Positions 20,553 through 30,330 of a DNA stretch of 53,002 bases are shown here, piece by piece. The notes beneath the pieces are model-generated. The model saw nothing but the letters and a program-made list of their open reading frames with translations. It made no database searches and was not told the origin of the DNA. How positions within the stretch are numbered: position 1 is the stretch's first letter; each line of letters opens with the position of its first letter. The translations under genes and the position numbers were made by a program. Where the stretch lies: positions 14,520-67,521 of the forward strand of contig JAUQPG010000005.1 of NCBI GenBank assembly GCA_030550495.1, written 5' to 3'. This DNA comes from Candidatus Bipolaricaulota bacterium. GTDB taxonomy: Bacteria; Bipolaricaulota; Bipolaricaulia; RBG-16-55-9; DRXL01.

Positions 20553-21175
20553 AACTGAGAGCGAAGAAAGTCGTCGATGCCCTGAAGGATCGCGTGGGCC
20601 AAGCGTTTTTGATAGGGGAGCTGATTGAGTTTTCGCGCCTCTTCAGGGTTCGTGATAAATCCCAGATTGATCTGCACTGCGGGTATATTCAGGCGTCGCA
20701 GCCAAAGGTGAGCTGTCTTGGTCTTCCAACTCAGCCCTTTAGTTGTCGCTAGTATGCTATGACGGAGCGCTTCAGCGAGAGCTTGCGTAGCCTGAGAAGC
20801 CTTGGTTGGCATAAGTATGGTGATCCCGTGCATCCAGGGATCGTACGAGAAATCTAAATGGAGACTAATACAGAGCTGTGCGCCTTGAGCGTTTTGTATG
20901 CGCTCTTTGGGTGACAGATAGCGATCCTCGTGGCGCGTCAGCGTGATTTTTATATGGGGGAAGCTCACGGCTTCCAGAGCGATCAGATGTGCGATCTTGA
21001 GCACTATATCTTTTTCAAAGAGATTGTCTATGCCGATGCTGCCGGTATCGTCGCCGCCGTGTCCGGCGTCTATAGCGACTATTGTAATCGGTGTGGTCTG
21101 GCTTGTGCCCCACACCCCAAGCAGACTGAGTATCAGAAGCCCTAGACCAACCGCACGCATCGCTTGACAGATCAT
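20549..21175 (-). CDS. N-acetylmuramoyl-L-alanine amidase (Amidase_3) family protein, catalytic Glu apparently replaced
   Basis: IDAGHGGDDTG, EKDIVL, LTRHED, ISLHLD, PAVQINLGFITN; N-terminal signal or TM segment. Confidence 0.85.
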   Translation of the reverse strand: MICQAMRAVGLGLLILSLLGVWGTSQTTPITIVAIDAGHGGDDTGSIGIDNLFEKDIVLKIAHLIALEAVSFPHIKITLTRHEDRYLSPKERIQNAQGAQLCISLHLDFSYDPWMHGITILMPTKASQATQALAEALRHSILATTKGLSWKTKTAHLWLRRLNIPAVQINLGFITNPEEARKLNQLPYQKRLAHAILQGIDDFLRSQF

Positions 21176-21257
21176 CTCTTAATGTTTATTATACAGGGAT
21201 ACCGAAGGCTCAAGGAAATCGGTGGGATCTCTTTTCATCACTCTGAGGTGAACAAAC

Positions 21258-24200
21258 ATGCACACGATACGCAAACTTGTTGAGAAATACGGAAAGTACG
21301 TGATTTGGGCTGTGGTCATCAGTTTCGTGGCTGGGGCGCTGGTGATCTTTTCACCAGTGGCGTTCAACCCCGGCGCACGCAATGCCCCTAAGGAAGAAGA
21401 CGTCGTTCTTGTCGTGAACGGGGAGAAGATTGGGAAGGACCAGTACGAGCAAGCTTATCAGGAGATCCTCAATGAGCAACGCCAGTTCAATCCAGAGATT
21501 GAGAAGGCCCTCCAAGGGCCAGACGGGGCTTATAGACAATTACAATGGCGTGCCCAAGCGATTGATCGTCTCATTGAGAGAACTATAAAAGACCAAGAGA
21601 GTCGCAAGCGCGGGATCAGCGTCCCTGCCAAGAAGCTCGATGAGCGCTACAAGAAAGAGTATGAGAATTTCTTAGTCATGCTGCGCCAACGCTACGGTAT
21701 TGACGAGAAGGAGTTTGCCCGCATGCTGCGTGAGCAGGGCAGCTCCATCCAAGCCTATCAACGCCGGATTCGCGAATGGGTGGAAGCGCAACTCAAAGAA
21801 GAGCTTCTGGAGGAGGCTGTTGTCGGCCCAATCGACGTCTCCGATGCCCAATTGCTAGAGTTTATCGAGCAGAACAAGACGCGTTATATCACTGATATTT
21901 TGGGGTATCTCCAGCCGACGACGGCCGAGCTCCAAGCGTACTTCGAAGCCAACCGAGAGAAATATGCGACTCCTGAGGTCAAGGCCCGACATATCTTAGT
22001 GAAAGTGGACGAGAACGCCCCCGAAGAGCAAGTCGCTGAAGCGAGGAAGAAGATCGAGAATATTACGCGAGAACTCGAGCAGGGCGCGGACTTCGCTGAG
22101 CTTGCCAAGAAATATTCTGACGATAAGAGCAACGCCGAGAATGGCGGCGATCTAGGATGGTTTGGCAGGGGCGTCATGGTAAAGGAATTTGAAGACGCGG
22201 CGTTTGCTCTTGATATCGGGAAGATCAGCGACCCCGTGCGCACTCGCTACGGGTTCCATCTCATCAAAGTCGAGGACAAACGGGTGCGCACGTTCGAGCA
22301 AGCCCAATCAGACATGCGCCGCGATTGGATGAGAGAAAAAGAAGACGCGCTCTTCACTCAATGGCTCGAAGCGGCTAAGCAGGGCAACTTTTTAGAGCGC
22401 GTGCGGGTGAGCCGAATCTTCATCCCCATAGCGCCGGATGCCCCTGAAGACGAGCTGATCGCGGCACGCAAGCGCCTGCAGGAAGCCAAAGACAAACTCA
22501 GAGTCGAAGGCGCCAGCTTCTCCCAAGTGGTCCGAGAGTACTCCCAAGATCCAGACTTCAAGGACCGCAACGGCGATATGGGCTACCTCACGCTCATGGA
22601 TCTGCCCAAGGAGCTGCAAGACGCAATCGCTACTCTCCAGGTGGGCAAGATCAGCGATCTCATTCAGACGGCCCAGGGGCTCTGGCTCATTCGGCTCGAG
22701 GACCGCAAGAGCTGGGAGAAAGTCAAAGAGAGCATTGCAAGCGATTACCGAGTGCGCCAGCGCGTAGAGAGATTCGACCAGTGGCTCAAGCAAGCGAAGG
22801 AGTCAGCACGAATTGAGCTGCGGTTACCGTTGATCGCAGCATATCAGTTAGAGGAACAAGAGAAGATCGACGAGGCTATCGCTGCCTACGAGCGACTCTT
22901 GCAAGAGGGATCCTTGGCCGATGATGAGCTGGGGAGATATTTAGACTATTATATTGCTCGGCTCTATCAAGCGAAGCTGCGCCAAGCCGAGCAAGAGAAA
23001 GCTGAGCTTGAAAAGCAAGAGAACGTCGAAAACAAAGAAGCAAGGCTCAAAGAGCTTGAGCAGAAGATCAAAGAATATCGACAGAAGGCCGTGCAGCACT
23101 TATTAGAAATAGCCAAGACTGCCGAGGGGGATCGCAGCTTTTATGATCAGCTGTTGGCGCTCGATCCCGATAATCCTCAAGCGTACTATCAATATGGGCT
23201 CTTCTTGTTCACCGCTGGGGACCAGGAGAGCATTCAAAATGCGATCAAGATGACCAAGCGCGCCACGGAGCTTGCCCCGACCGATCCTGGACCGCTCCGG
23301 CTCTACGGGCACTTGATGATGTCGCTTAAGAACTACGCTATCGCTCTCGAATACTATCAGAAAGCCCTAGAAAAGCTCAATCCGGAGAAGGACAAGGGAG
23401 CGATCAAGACAGTGAAGCAGAAGATGGCCGAGGCATACTTTGGCTTAGAGGAGTGGGACAAGGCTGAAGCCCTCTATACGGAACTGCGCGAGCAGGAGCG
23501 CACCGAGCGCGGCTATGACGACCCGCGCATCGTAACAGCCTTGGCCGATATTGCTGTCAAGAAGGGCGACCCCGAACGCGCGGTCACTCTCTATCTGGAG
23601 TCGCTCAAGCTCCAGAACAACCCCAACGTGCGCTTGAAGCTTGGGCGAGCTTACGAAGAGCTCGGCGATCTCGAGAACGCTGCGAAACAGTACACTCAAG
23701 TGATCAAGGAATCCCCCTATCTTGCTGAGGCGTATATGGCACTGGGGGACTTGCAGCGCAAGCAAGGCCAGACCGACGAGGCTCTCAAAAATTATCGTGA
23801 AGGCTTTAAGCGCACAGCGGCGGCAGAGCTGCGTGAGCAGTTAGGGGAGCGCATCGTCGAGCTCGACCCCAAAGATTTCGAAACGCGCTTCCAGTTAGCG
23901 AAGCAATACCAGAAGCAGCATATCTTCGAGTCTGCTGTGCGACACTATACAGCGATCTTAGAGCAAGGGCCAACTCCCGAGCAGGCGCTCAACGCGTACA
24001 TTGGACTGGGGGACGTTGCTGTGGGCCGCGCCGAGTATGAACAAGCAAAGAGTCACTATAAATCCGGGCTGGCCGTAGCGACGACCGACGACCAGAAGAA
24101 GAATCTCTATCAAAAGATTCTTGACGCAGAGCGCTCGCTGGTCGGTGCAGAGGGCAAGCTCGGAGAAGATGGCTTAGAGGCGATGTACCAACTTGCAGTT

Positions 24201-24779
24201 ATCGCGCGCAATCAGCAAAAGATCGCCGACATGCGCGAGCAACTCGAGAAACTCAAAGAACAAAATCCGAATTACAAAGCGAACGAAGTCGCCCAGATGC
24301 TCTACGAAGTCACGGGCAAATGGAGCGACGACAAACCCGGTATGCCCATACCCATCCAAGAAGTCTTCGGGCCCATCTCTGTAGGGCAAGAACATGAGCC
24401 GTATAATTCGACGCCGCCCACTTCAGGAGCTTATGCTGAAGGAGAGATCGCCTTCGGGGTGCATCAAGAATCGATCGCTGAAGAGCTTCAGGTATGGGCA
24501 CTGCGCGGCGGTGCTGTGCTCATCCAATATGGGCCAGAGACGGACGCTACGACTATAACTCAGTTGGGGGATCTAGTGAAGCGCTTACAAAACGAGCACG
24601 CTGAGAAGTATTGTCGTCTGATCGTCGCCCCGTATGAGAAGCTCGAACCCAAGCAGCTTGTGCTCACGGCGTGGGGGCGTATCGATAAGCTCTCGTCGTA
24701 TGATGAGAATCGCATCGAGAGCTTTATCGACGAATGGATCAACAAGGGGCCGGAACAGATCCCCTGCTCCCGGCAATAA
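21258..24779 (+). CDS. Membrane-anchored SurA/PrsA/PpiD-like foldase: SurA_N + 2 parvulin domains + TPR array + DUF3105-like C-terminus
   Basis: N-terminal TM; VKARHILV...FAELAKKYSDD...GGDLGWFGRG...EFEDAAF...YGFHLI; second parvulin (RNGDMGY); many TPR-like helices; YNSTPPTSG...LTAWGR...GPE. Confidence 0.85.
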   Translation: MHTIRKLVEKYGKYVIWAVVISFVAGALVIFSPVAFNPGARNAPKEEDVVLVVNGEKIGKDQYEQAYQEILNEQRQFNPEIEKALQGPDGAYRQLQWRAQAIDRLIERTIKDQESRKRGISVPAKKLDERYKKEYENFLVMLRQRYGIDEKEFARMLREQGSSIQAYQRRIREWVEAQLKEELLEEAVVGPIDVSDAQLLEFIEQNKTRYITDILGYLQPTTAELQAYFEANREKYATPEVKARHILVKVDENAPEEQVAEARKKIENITRELEQGADFAELAKKYSDDKSNAENGGDLGWFGRGVMVKEFEDAAFALDIGKISDPVRTRYGFHLIKVEDKRVRTFEQAQSDMRRDWMREKEDALFTQWLEAAKQGNFLERVRVSRIFIPIAPDAPEDELIAARKRLQEAKDKLRVEGASFSQVVREYSQDPDFKDRNGDMGYLTLMDLPKELQDAIATLQVGKISDLIQTAQGLWLIRLEDRKSWEKVKESIASDYRVRQRVERFDQWLKQAKESARIELRLPLIAAYQLEEQEKIDEAIAAYERLLQEGSLADDELGRYLDYYIARLYQAKLRQAEQEKAELEKQENVENKEARLKELEQKIKEYRQKAVQHLLEIAKTAEGDRSFYDQLLALDPDNPQAYYQYGLFLFTAGDQESIQNAIKMTKRATELAPTDPGPLRLYGHLMMSLKNYAIALEYYQKALEKLNPEKDKGAIKTVKQKMAEAYFGLEEWDKAEALYTELREQERTERGYDDPRIVTALADIAVKKGDPERAVTLYLESLKLQNNPNVRLKLGRAYEELGDLENAAKQYTQVIKESPYLAEAYMALGDLQRKQGQTDEALKNYREGFKRTAAAELREQLGERIVELDPKDFETRFQLAKQYQKQHIFESAVRHYTAILEQGPTPEQALNAYIGLGDVAVGRAEYEQAKSHYKSGLAVATTDDQKKNLYQKILDAERSLVGAEGKLGEDGLEAMYQLAVIARNQQKIADMREQLEKLKEQNPNYKANEVAQMLYEVTGKWSDDKPGMPIPIQEVFGPISVGQEHEPYNSTPPTSGAYAEGEIAFGVHQESIAEELQVWALRGGAVLIQYGPETDATTITQLGDLVKRLQNEHAEKYCRLIVAPYEKLEPKQLVLTAWGRIDKLSSYDENRIESFIDEWINKGPEQIPCSRQ

Positions 24780-24783
24780 GACC

Positions 24784-25449
24784 ATGGAGCCGCACTCGGA
24801 GCTGGAACTGCGTTCGTTGGTAGAGCTTGTGGCGCACTTGCGCTCGGAGCGTGGCTGCCCTTGGGATCGCGCCCAAACCCATGAGTCCCTGAAAAATCTT
24901 TTGATCGAGGAAGCTTACGAGACTGTCGCAGCTATCGAATCCGGCGACAGTCGCGAGCTCCAAGACGAACTCGGTGATCTGCTTTTACACGTGGCATTCC
25001 ACGTCCAGATTGCACAAGAGCAGAAAAAGTTCACACTTCAAGACGTACTGCGGGGGATCTATACGAAAGTACTCCGGCGCCATCCTCACGTCTTTGGGGC
25101 GGAACCCACTCAAGATGTGGAGCAGATCAAAGGGCGCTGGGAGGAGATCAAGCGCCAAGAGGGACGGCGACTGTCAGTCAAGGCAGCTTTGCCGGCCCTG
25201 ATCGAGGCGCGCAAGCTTCAAGAGCGCGCTGCCCAATCGAACAAAGAACTCTCTGTTCAGCCCTCGCCCGCGATTGGAGCACTGTTGAGCGAACCCGATG
25301 AGCAGTATTTGGGTATGCTACTCTTTGAGATCGTGGCGCGAGCGCGCCAGCTCGGCCTTGATCCAGAGCTGGCGCTCAAGCGCGTCAACGCTCAGTTTGC
25401 CCAAGAGATCGAAGAGAAACTCACGCACGACCATGCTCGATCTGAGTGA
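24784..25449 (+). CDS. mazG: MazG-family nucleoside triphosphate pyrophosphohydrolase (second domain degenerate)
   Basis: GCPWDRAQTHESL, EEAYE, DELGDLL, RRHPHVFG, DPELAL. Confidence 0.9.
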   Translation: MEPHSELELRSLVELVAHLRSERGCPWDRAQTHESLKNLLIEEAYETVAAIESGDSRELQDELGDLLLHVAFHVQIAQEQKKFTLQDVLRGIYTKVLRRHPHVFGAEPTQDVEQIKGRWEEIKRQEGRRLSVKAALPALIEARKLQERAAQSNKELSVQPSPAIGALLSEPDEQYLGMLLFEIVARARQLGLDPELALKRVNAQFAQEIEEKLTHDHARSE

Positions 25450-25696
25450 TTTGCCTCCGCCACCTCAAGAAGCGCTCACGGTCTACGTAGAGCTGCCCGA
25501 ACAAGACGTGCATTTCTTTGATAGTGCCCTCAAGGCATTTGATCATAAAGTCAATCCGCGCCGCGACGTGAAGCTCATTAACGGCAAGCTGTATTATAAA
25601 AACTACGTCGCACCCGACTTTTGGCCAGAGGTTCAGAGCCTGCTGGAGACACTCCGGAGATACGTAGCAATTGGGGATATCGTACTTGAGCCGTGA
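25433..25696 (+). CDS. Small conserved hypothetical protein (DUF4911-like)
   Basis: 87 aa, overlaps both mazG and the HAD gene; VYVELPEQDVHFF...VAPDFWPEVQSLLETL resembles DUF4911 (from memory). Confidence 0.55.
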   Translation: MLDLSDLPPPPQEALTVYVELPEQDVHFFDSALKAFDHKVNPRRDVKLINGKLYYKNYVAPDFWPEVQSLLETLRRYVAIGDIVLEP

Positions 25697-26232
25697 AGCG
25701 CCTGCTCTGTTCCCTTCGCCCTGATGAGATATGCCCTTCAATCTATGCGATTGACTACAAGCGTTTATGGGGTGCGGGGTACCGAGCGCTGATCTTCGAC
25801 ATAGATAACACTTTAGGGGAATGGGGCTGCCGTGCTCTGCCGGAGTCAGCCCAAGCCTTCTTGCAGGAGCTGAGCGCTCGGGGTTTTGTTGTAGGATTTC
25901 TCAGTAACGACGGGGGAAAGAACCGCACTCATCTGAAAGAGCAGCTTAGTTCTTGGCCCGTGCTCTGGCACGCGGGCAAGCCTCGCACGCACAGCTATAA
26001 AAAGATGCTCGCGCTTCTCAAGACCCAAACGACAGAGACAGTCATGATCGGGGATCAGCTCTTCACAGATATCTGGGGGGCGAAGCGGACGGGGTTGTAT
26101 GCGATCTTGGTAGCTCCGGTCAGTCCGGCGTCGGATTCGCTTCCTGCGAAGCTCAGACGCCCCTTGGAACGTCTTGTTCTGAAGTTACTCTCCAGAGAGG
26201 ATCCGCCCCACGACCATACCGATGATCGTTAA
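25693..26232 (+). CDS. yqeG: YqeG-family HAD IIIA phosphatase
   Basis: FDIDNTL, LSN, AGKP, MIGDQLFTDIWGA. Confidence 0.9.
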   Translation: MKRLLCSLRPDEICPSIYAIDYKRLWGAGYRALIFDIDNTLGEWGCRALPESAQAFLQELSARGFVVGFLSNDGGKNRTHLKEQLSSWPVLWHAGKPRTHSYKKMLALLKTQTTETVMIGDQLFTDIWGAKRTGLYAILVAPVSPASDSLPAKLRRPLERLVLKLLSREDPPHDHTDDR

Positions 26233-26553
26233 GAAAAATATGGAGAGAGCGCCCCACCACACAGAGCGTAGAATGAATTCTGGGGCCGTTGCCGCGATCT
26301 CGACGTTAGGGAGATAGATCGCTAAGAAGAGCGTAACAGTACCTACAAGAGTAATAGCTAGGGCCATGAGGAGCCCCTCCTGCACCCCTCGGACAAGCAA
26401 GCCCACGCTCACCCCTACAAGAGCTACTAGCACATAGGCGATGTTCCCCGGCACAAAAGAGAAGTCGAGCAGCTCTTGAGTTTGCAGGGCAGAGCTTGCC
26501 CCCGCAGCTATCCCAGCAGCAAGAGCAAGAATGAGCCACCGGAGGAGCTTCAT
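26185..26553 (-). CDS. Hypothetical membrane protein (about 4 TM)
   Basis: Hydrophobic 122 aa; SD GAAGGAGG; ATGA-coupled to the upstream gene. Confidence 0.75.
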   Translation of the reverse strand: MKLLRWLILALAAGIAAGASSALQTQELLDFSFVPGNIAYVLVALVGVSVGLLVRGVQEGLLMALAITLVGTVTLFLAIYLPNVEIAATAPEFILRSVWWGALSIFFLTIIGMVVGRILSGE

Positions 26554-27080
26554 TCGCCCTCCTTCGGAAGCATGAAGACGCTCGCCACAGGGAATTTCTT
26601 GCGCTCTTCCCTTTGGGGCAATTGGAACATGACCAACGCCACCCCTTGAAAGAGCAGAGCCGTCTCTTGGGGAGACTCCTCTTGAAGACGCTGTAATTTC
26701 TCAAAGTTGGGCCCTCTAATAGCAGCTTCAAGAGGGATCTCTGTATTAGGCCCCAGCGCAATCTGGACATCTCCGCTCGTATAGTACCCCAAATACGTGC
26801 TTCTATCGGCGCTGTACAGATGCCAATCTAAGAGCTCTAGCGACGCTGGAATCTTTTGGGCAGGCATCGTCACTGTTACCGTCCATTGTAGGCGTGCTTC
26901 TTGAGAAGCAAGCTGCTCAAAGTGCGTGAGGCTCACGGTAAACTGTATCCCTTGGAGCGCCTCACGGAACGCCGTGTAGTTTTGCTCAGTTAGGACGAGC
27001 AAGACTAAGGCAACGATGAGTAATACTATGAGTAGGCCAACTCCTAAGGGATATCGCCATGGGCGCTCTTCAGATCTCAT
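26550..27080 (-). CDS. Hypothetical single-TM protein with a beta-rich soluble domain
   Basis: [31 protein letters not shown]...; start at ATG 27080 overlaps the oppF end. Confidence 0.7.
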   Translation of the reverse strand: MRSEERPWRYPLGVGLLIVLLIVALVLLVLTEQNYTAFREALQGIQFTVSLTHFEQLASQEARLQWTVTVTMPAQKIPASLELLDWHLYSADRSTYLGYYTSGDVQIALGPNTEIPLEAAIRGPNFEKLQRLQEESPQETALLFQGVALVMFQLPQREERKKFPVASVFMLPKEGE

Positions 27081-28104
27081 AGCAGGCGGCAAAGTGACCA
27101 TGGCCCTTGTCTTCCAGAGGAGGATGGTCACTCTGAGCGCAGCGCTCCGTTGCGATGGGGCAGCGCTCATAGAACCGACATCGCGGGGGAGGATCGATGG
27201 GCTTGCTCACGCCGCCCTTGATCTCGATGGGCTGACGCTCGACCGTCGGATCGGGTATGGGCACGGCGGAAATGAGTGCGCGCGTATAGGGATGGAGCGG
27301 GTTCTGAATGACTTCTTCCGTGGGGCCTAGCTCGACGATCTTGCCCAGATACATCACGGCGATGCGATCACACATATAGCGGGCGACAGCTAGGTCGTGT
27401 GTAATATACAGATAGCTGATCCCGAACTCTTCACGCAGATCTAACATTAAGTTCATCACGCCAGTGCGGATGGAGACGTCGAGCATGGACGTCGGCTCGT
27501 CAGCGACGATGAAGCTGGGGTTGAGAATCATCGCGCGGGCGATGGCCACGCGCTGGCGCTGTCCACCCGACAGCTCATGGGGATAGCGAAAGAGAAAGCT
27601 CTCTGGGGGAGTGAGCCCTACTAAGCTCAGGAGTTCCGCCACACGCTCTTCCCGCTCGTAGACGCTGCCGATCCCGTGGATGCTCAGCGGCTCGGAGACG
27701 ATGTCGAAGATCGTCATGCGCGGGTTGAGCGACTCATACGGGTCTTGGAAGATCATTTGGACGTTGCGACGGAACTCTTTGAGGGCACGCCCTTCGAGCG
27801 TAGCGATGTCCACAAATTGCTCCCCTTGGGAATCTGTTGAGGGGTCCTGAGTGACACGGAGATAGATATGCCCCGACGTCGGGGTGATGAGTCGGACGAG
27901 CAACTTCCCCGTCGTGGTCTTGCCGCAGCCAGATTCGCCGATCAGCCCGAAGATCTCCCCACGCTTGATGTCAAAGCTGACGTCATCCACGGCGTGAATG
28001 AAGCTCCGCGCTCGCGCGAAGATCCCCGTCGATACGGGGTAGAGCATGCGCAAGTTCTCCACGCGGACTAGGGTCTCTGTCTTTGTCTGTGTTTGTAATG
28101 CCAC
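27070..28104 (-). CDS. oppF: Peptide ABC transporter ATP-binding protein (OppF/DppF)
   Basis: [40 protein letters not shown]-terminal CRF...C...ACY. Confidence 0.93.
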   Translation of the reverse strand: MALQTQTKTETLVRVENLRMLYPVSTGIFARARSFIHAVDDVSFDIKRGEIFGLIGESGCGKTTTGKLLVRLITPTSGHIYLRVTQDPSTDSQGEQFVDIATLEGRALKEFRRNVQMIFQDPYESLNPRMTIFDIVSEPLSIHGIGSVYEREERVAELLSLVGLTPPESFLFRYPHELSGGQRQRVAIARAMILNPSFIVADEPTSMLDVSIRTGVMNLMLDLREEFGISYLYITHDLAVARYMCDRIAVMYLGKIVELGPTEEVIQNPLHPYTRALISAVPIPDPTVERQPIEIKGGVSKPIDPPPRCRFYERCPIATERCAQSDHPPLEDKGHGHFAACYEI

Positions 28105-28131
28105 CGTGATCACCTACTATTATAAGCTTAA

Positions 28132-29277
28132 TTAAGTTAAGGGATTCCAGCAAGCCGCATGTTGTTTGGGCTTGTGCTCGATAAATTTGGGCACTTCGCG
28201 CTCACAGATCTCGGTCGCATAAGGGCACCTTGGGTGGAACCGGCAGCCTGAGGGCGGCTTAATCAGATCCGGGGGTTCGCCAGGAAGCGCCGCGAGTTTC
28301 ACTTTCTCGCCCTTGATAGACGGAAACGCCGACATCAACGCTTTCGTATAGGGATGAATAGGGTTCTTAAAGATTGCTTCTGCGGGGCCAAATTCGACCA
28401 AGCCCCCTGCGTACATGACCCCGACTTTATCGGCGACCTCAGCGATGACCGCGATATCGTGCGAGATGTAGATCATACTCATATTGAGCTTCTTTTGGAT
28501 CTGACGCATCTCGCGCAAAATCTTGTCTTGGACGATGACATCGAGAGCCGTCGTCGGCTCGTCCGCAATGATAATATCGGGATCACACGCGAGCGCCATG
28601 GCGATCACGGCGCGCTGCTTCATGCCCCCTGAATATTCGTGGGGGTAGCGGTCCATCAATTGGCGGTCCAAGCCGACGAGCTGGAAGAGCTGGGCTACTC
28701 GCTCCCGGGCCTCAGGGATGGGCATGGGCATGTGGGTCTGAATCGCTTCGATGATCTGATCCCCGACTTTGTAGACGGGGTTGAGCGAGTTCATGGCAGC
28801 TTGGAAGATCATCGAGATGCCCTTCCATCGAATAGGGCGCATCTCTTCATCGCTGAGAGCCGTCAAGTCGACTCCGATGCGGGCGATGCCATCTCGCGCG
28901 AGCTTGATTTGCTGCGTCCGCCCGTTAAGGCGCGCATCGAGCACGAGCTGCGATCTGTCGACTCCTACAAGTCGGCCTTGATGCTCTTGCCCATCTAATA
29001 AGACTTTGACGGGCTTCCCCACAGCGCGGCGGGCGTGGGCTTCATCAGAACCATCACGGAAGAAATAGACATGCCCTCCTAAGAACTGGGCGTTCTCTGG
29101 GAGCAGGCGCAGCAGCGTCAACGCCACAGAAGTCTTGCCGCAGCCGGACTCGCCCACAAGCCCTAGCGCTTCGCCCTTTTCTAGCGAAAAGCTCACGTCC
29201 TCGACGGCTTTGACAGCCCCCTTGCGGGTGGTATAGTGCATCGTGAGATTTTCGACTTGTAGCACGGGATATGCCAC
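28132..29277 (-). CDS. oppD: Peptide ABC transporter ATP-binding protein (OppD/DppD) with a ~60-aa insertion
   Basis: [39 protein letters not shown]. Confidence 0.93.
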   Translation of the reverse strand: MAYPVLQVENLTMHYTTRKGAVKAVEDVSFSLEKGEALGLVGESGCGKTSVALTLLRLLPENAQFLGGHVYFFRDGSDEAHARRAVGKPVKVLLDGQEHQGRLVGVDRSQLVLDARLNGRTQQIKLARDGIARIGVDLTALSDEEMRPIRWKGISMIFQAAMNSLNPVYKVGDQIIEAIQTHMPMPIPEARERVAQLFQLVGLDRQLMDRYPHEYSGGMKQRAVIAMALACDPDIIIADEPTTALDVIVQDKILREMRQIQKKLNMSMIYISHDIAVIAEVADKVGVMYAGGLVEFGPAEAIFKNPIHPYTKALMSAFPSIKGEKVKLAALPGEPPDLIKPPSGCRFHPRCPYATEICEREVPKFIEHKPKQHAACWNPLT

Positions 29278-29281
29278 GCTC

Positions 29282-30310
29282 TCACCTCTTGCGCAGGCGC
29301 GGGTTCACGACCTCATCGAGGCCGCGGCCTACAAGATAGAACGCCGAACAGAGCAGAGTAATCGCGATCCCTGGCGGCATCCACAGCCACCAGTTCTGGA
29401 AGGAACGTCCCCCGAGAATGTAGCCCCCGCTATGGGCAGAATCGATCATGATGCCCCAGCTCACTTTAATCCCCGGCAGCAGCCCAAAGAACGACAGAGC
29501 TGCTTCGGAGAAGATCGCCCCGGTGACGTTGAACATCATATAGAGAAACGACAACGGCAACAGATTGGGAATGATATGGCGGAAGATCACGTGGAAGTGG
29601 CTGCCTCCAGCGACTTTAGCTGCTTCAATATAGGGCTTGACCTTCACCGCGAGAGCTTGGGACTTCAAGATGACCGTGATCTGGCCAAAGCCGTAGAGAA
29701 TTCCTAAGACAAACGCGAGCTTAATGAGCGTCAGCTCGATCATTGAGCCCAGAACAATCAAGAACGAGACCAACGGGAAGAGAATGAAGACGTCGGCCAC
29801 GCGCATGAAGAACGTGTCGACAAAGCCCCCATAGTACGCCGTGATCGCGCCGATGAACGTGCCAATGAAGACCGTGATGAGCGCGGCCAGGACGCCCAGC
29901 ATGAACTCTGAACTGGTGCTCGCCATCAGTTGCGCTAATATATCACGGCCAAATTGATTTGTCCCTAAGGGATGGCGGCGTGAGGGGGGCGTGGGATTCT
30001 CTATCCCTGGAATGAGCGGATCATACCCCGTCACTGGATCATAGACTTGATAGATACTACTGATAGCCCCGTAGGGGACGTTACGGGCAGCTTCAAGCTC
30101 TTCAGGGGTCCAGGCTAGCCGTTCCATCAGCCATGGGTAGGCCGGCCATAGTGCCCCAAAGATTGCAAAGAATATGATAATCCCTAAGCCGGTCAGGCCG
30201 ATCTTGCTCTCGGCGAACATGGCCCAGCTGCTCTTGAGCCCCCTCCAGAAGAGCTGGAGGCGCACGCGCCAGATCGCTTCTGCCGGCTTAAATGTTGGAG
30301 CGGCTTGCAT
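29282..30310 (-). CDS. oppC: Peptide ABC transporter permease (OppC)
   Basis: HPLGTNQFGRDIL, YIEAAKVAGG, RHIIPN, EAALSFFG. Confidence 0.93.
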   Translation of the reverse strand: MQAAPTFKPAEAIWRVRLQLFWRGLKSSWAMFAESKIGLTGLGIIIFFAIFGALWPAYPWLMERLAWTPEELEAARNVPYGAISSIYQVYDPVTGYDPLIPGIENPTPPSRRHPLGTNQFGRDILAQLMASTSSEFMLGVLAALITVFIGTFIGAITAYYGGFVDTFFMRVADVFILFPLVSFLIVLGSMIELTLIKLAFVLGILYGFGQITVILKSQALAVKVKPYIEAAKVAGGSHFHVIFRHIIPNLLPLSFLYMMFNVTGAIFSEAALSFFGLLPGIKVSWGIMIDSAHSGGYILGGRSFQNWWLWMPPGIAITLLCSAFYLVGRGLDEVVNPRLRKR

Positions 30311-30330
30311 AGGTTCTCCCTTCGTGCTCG

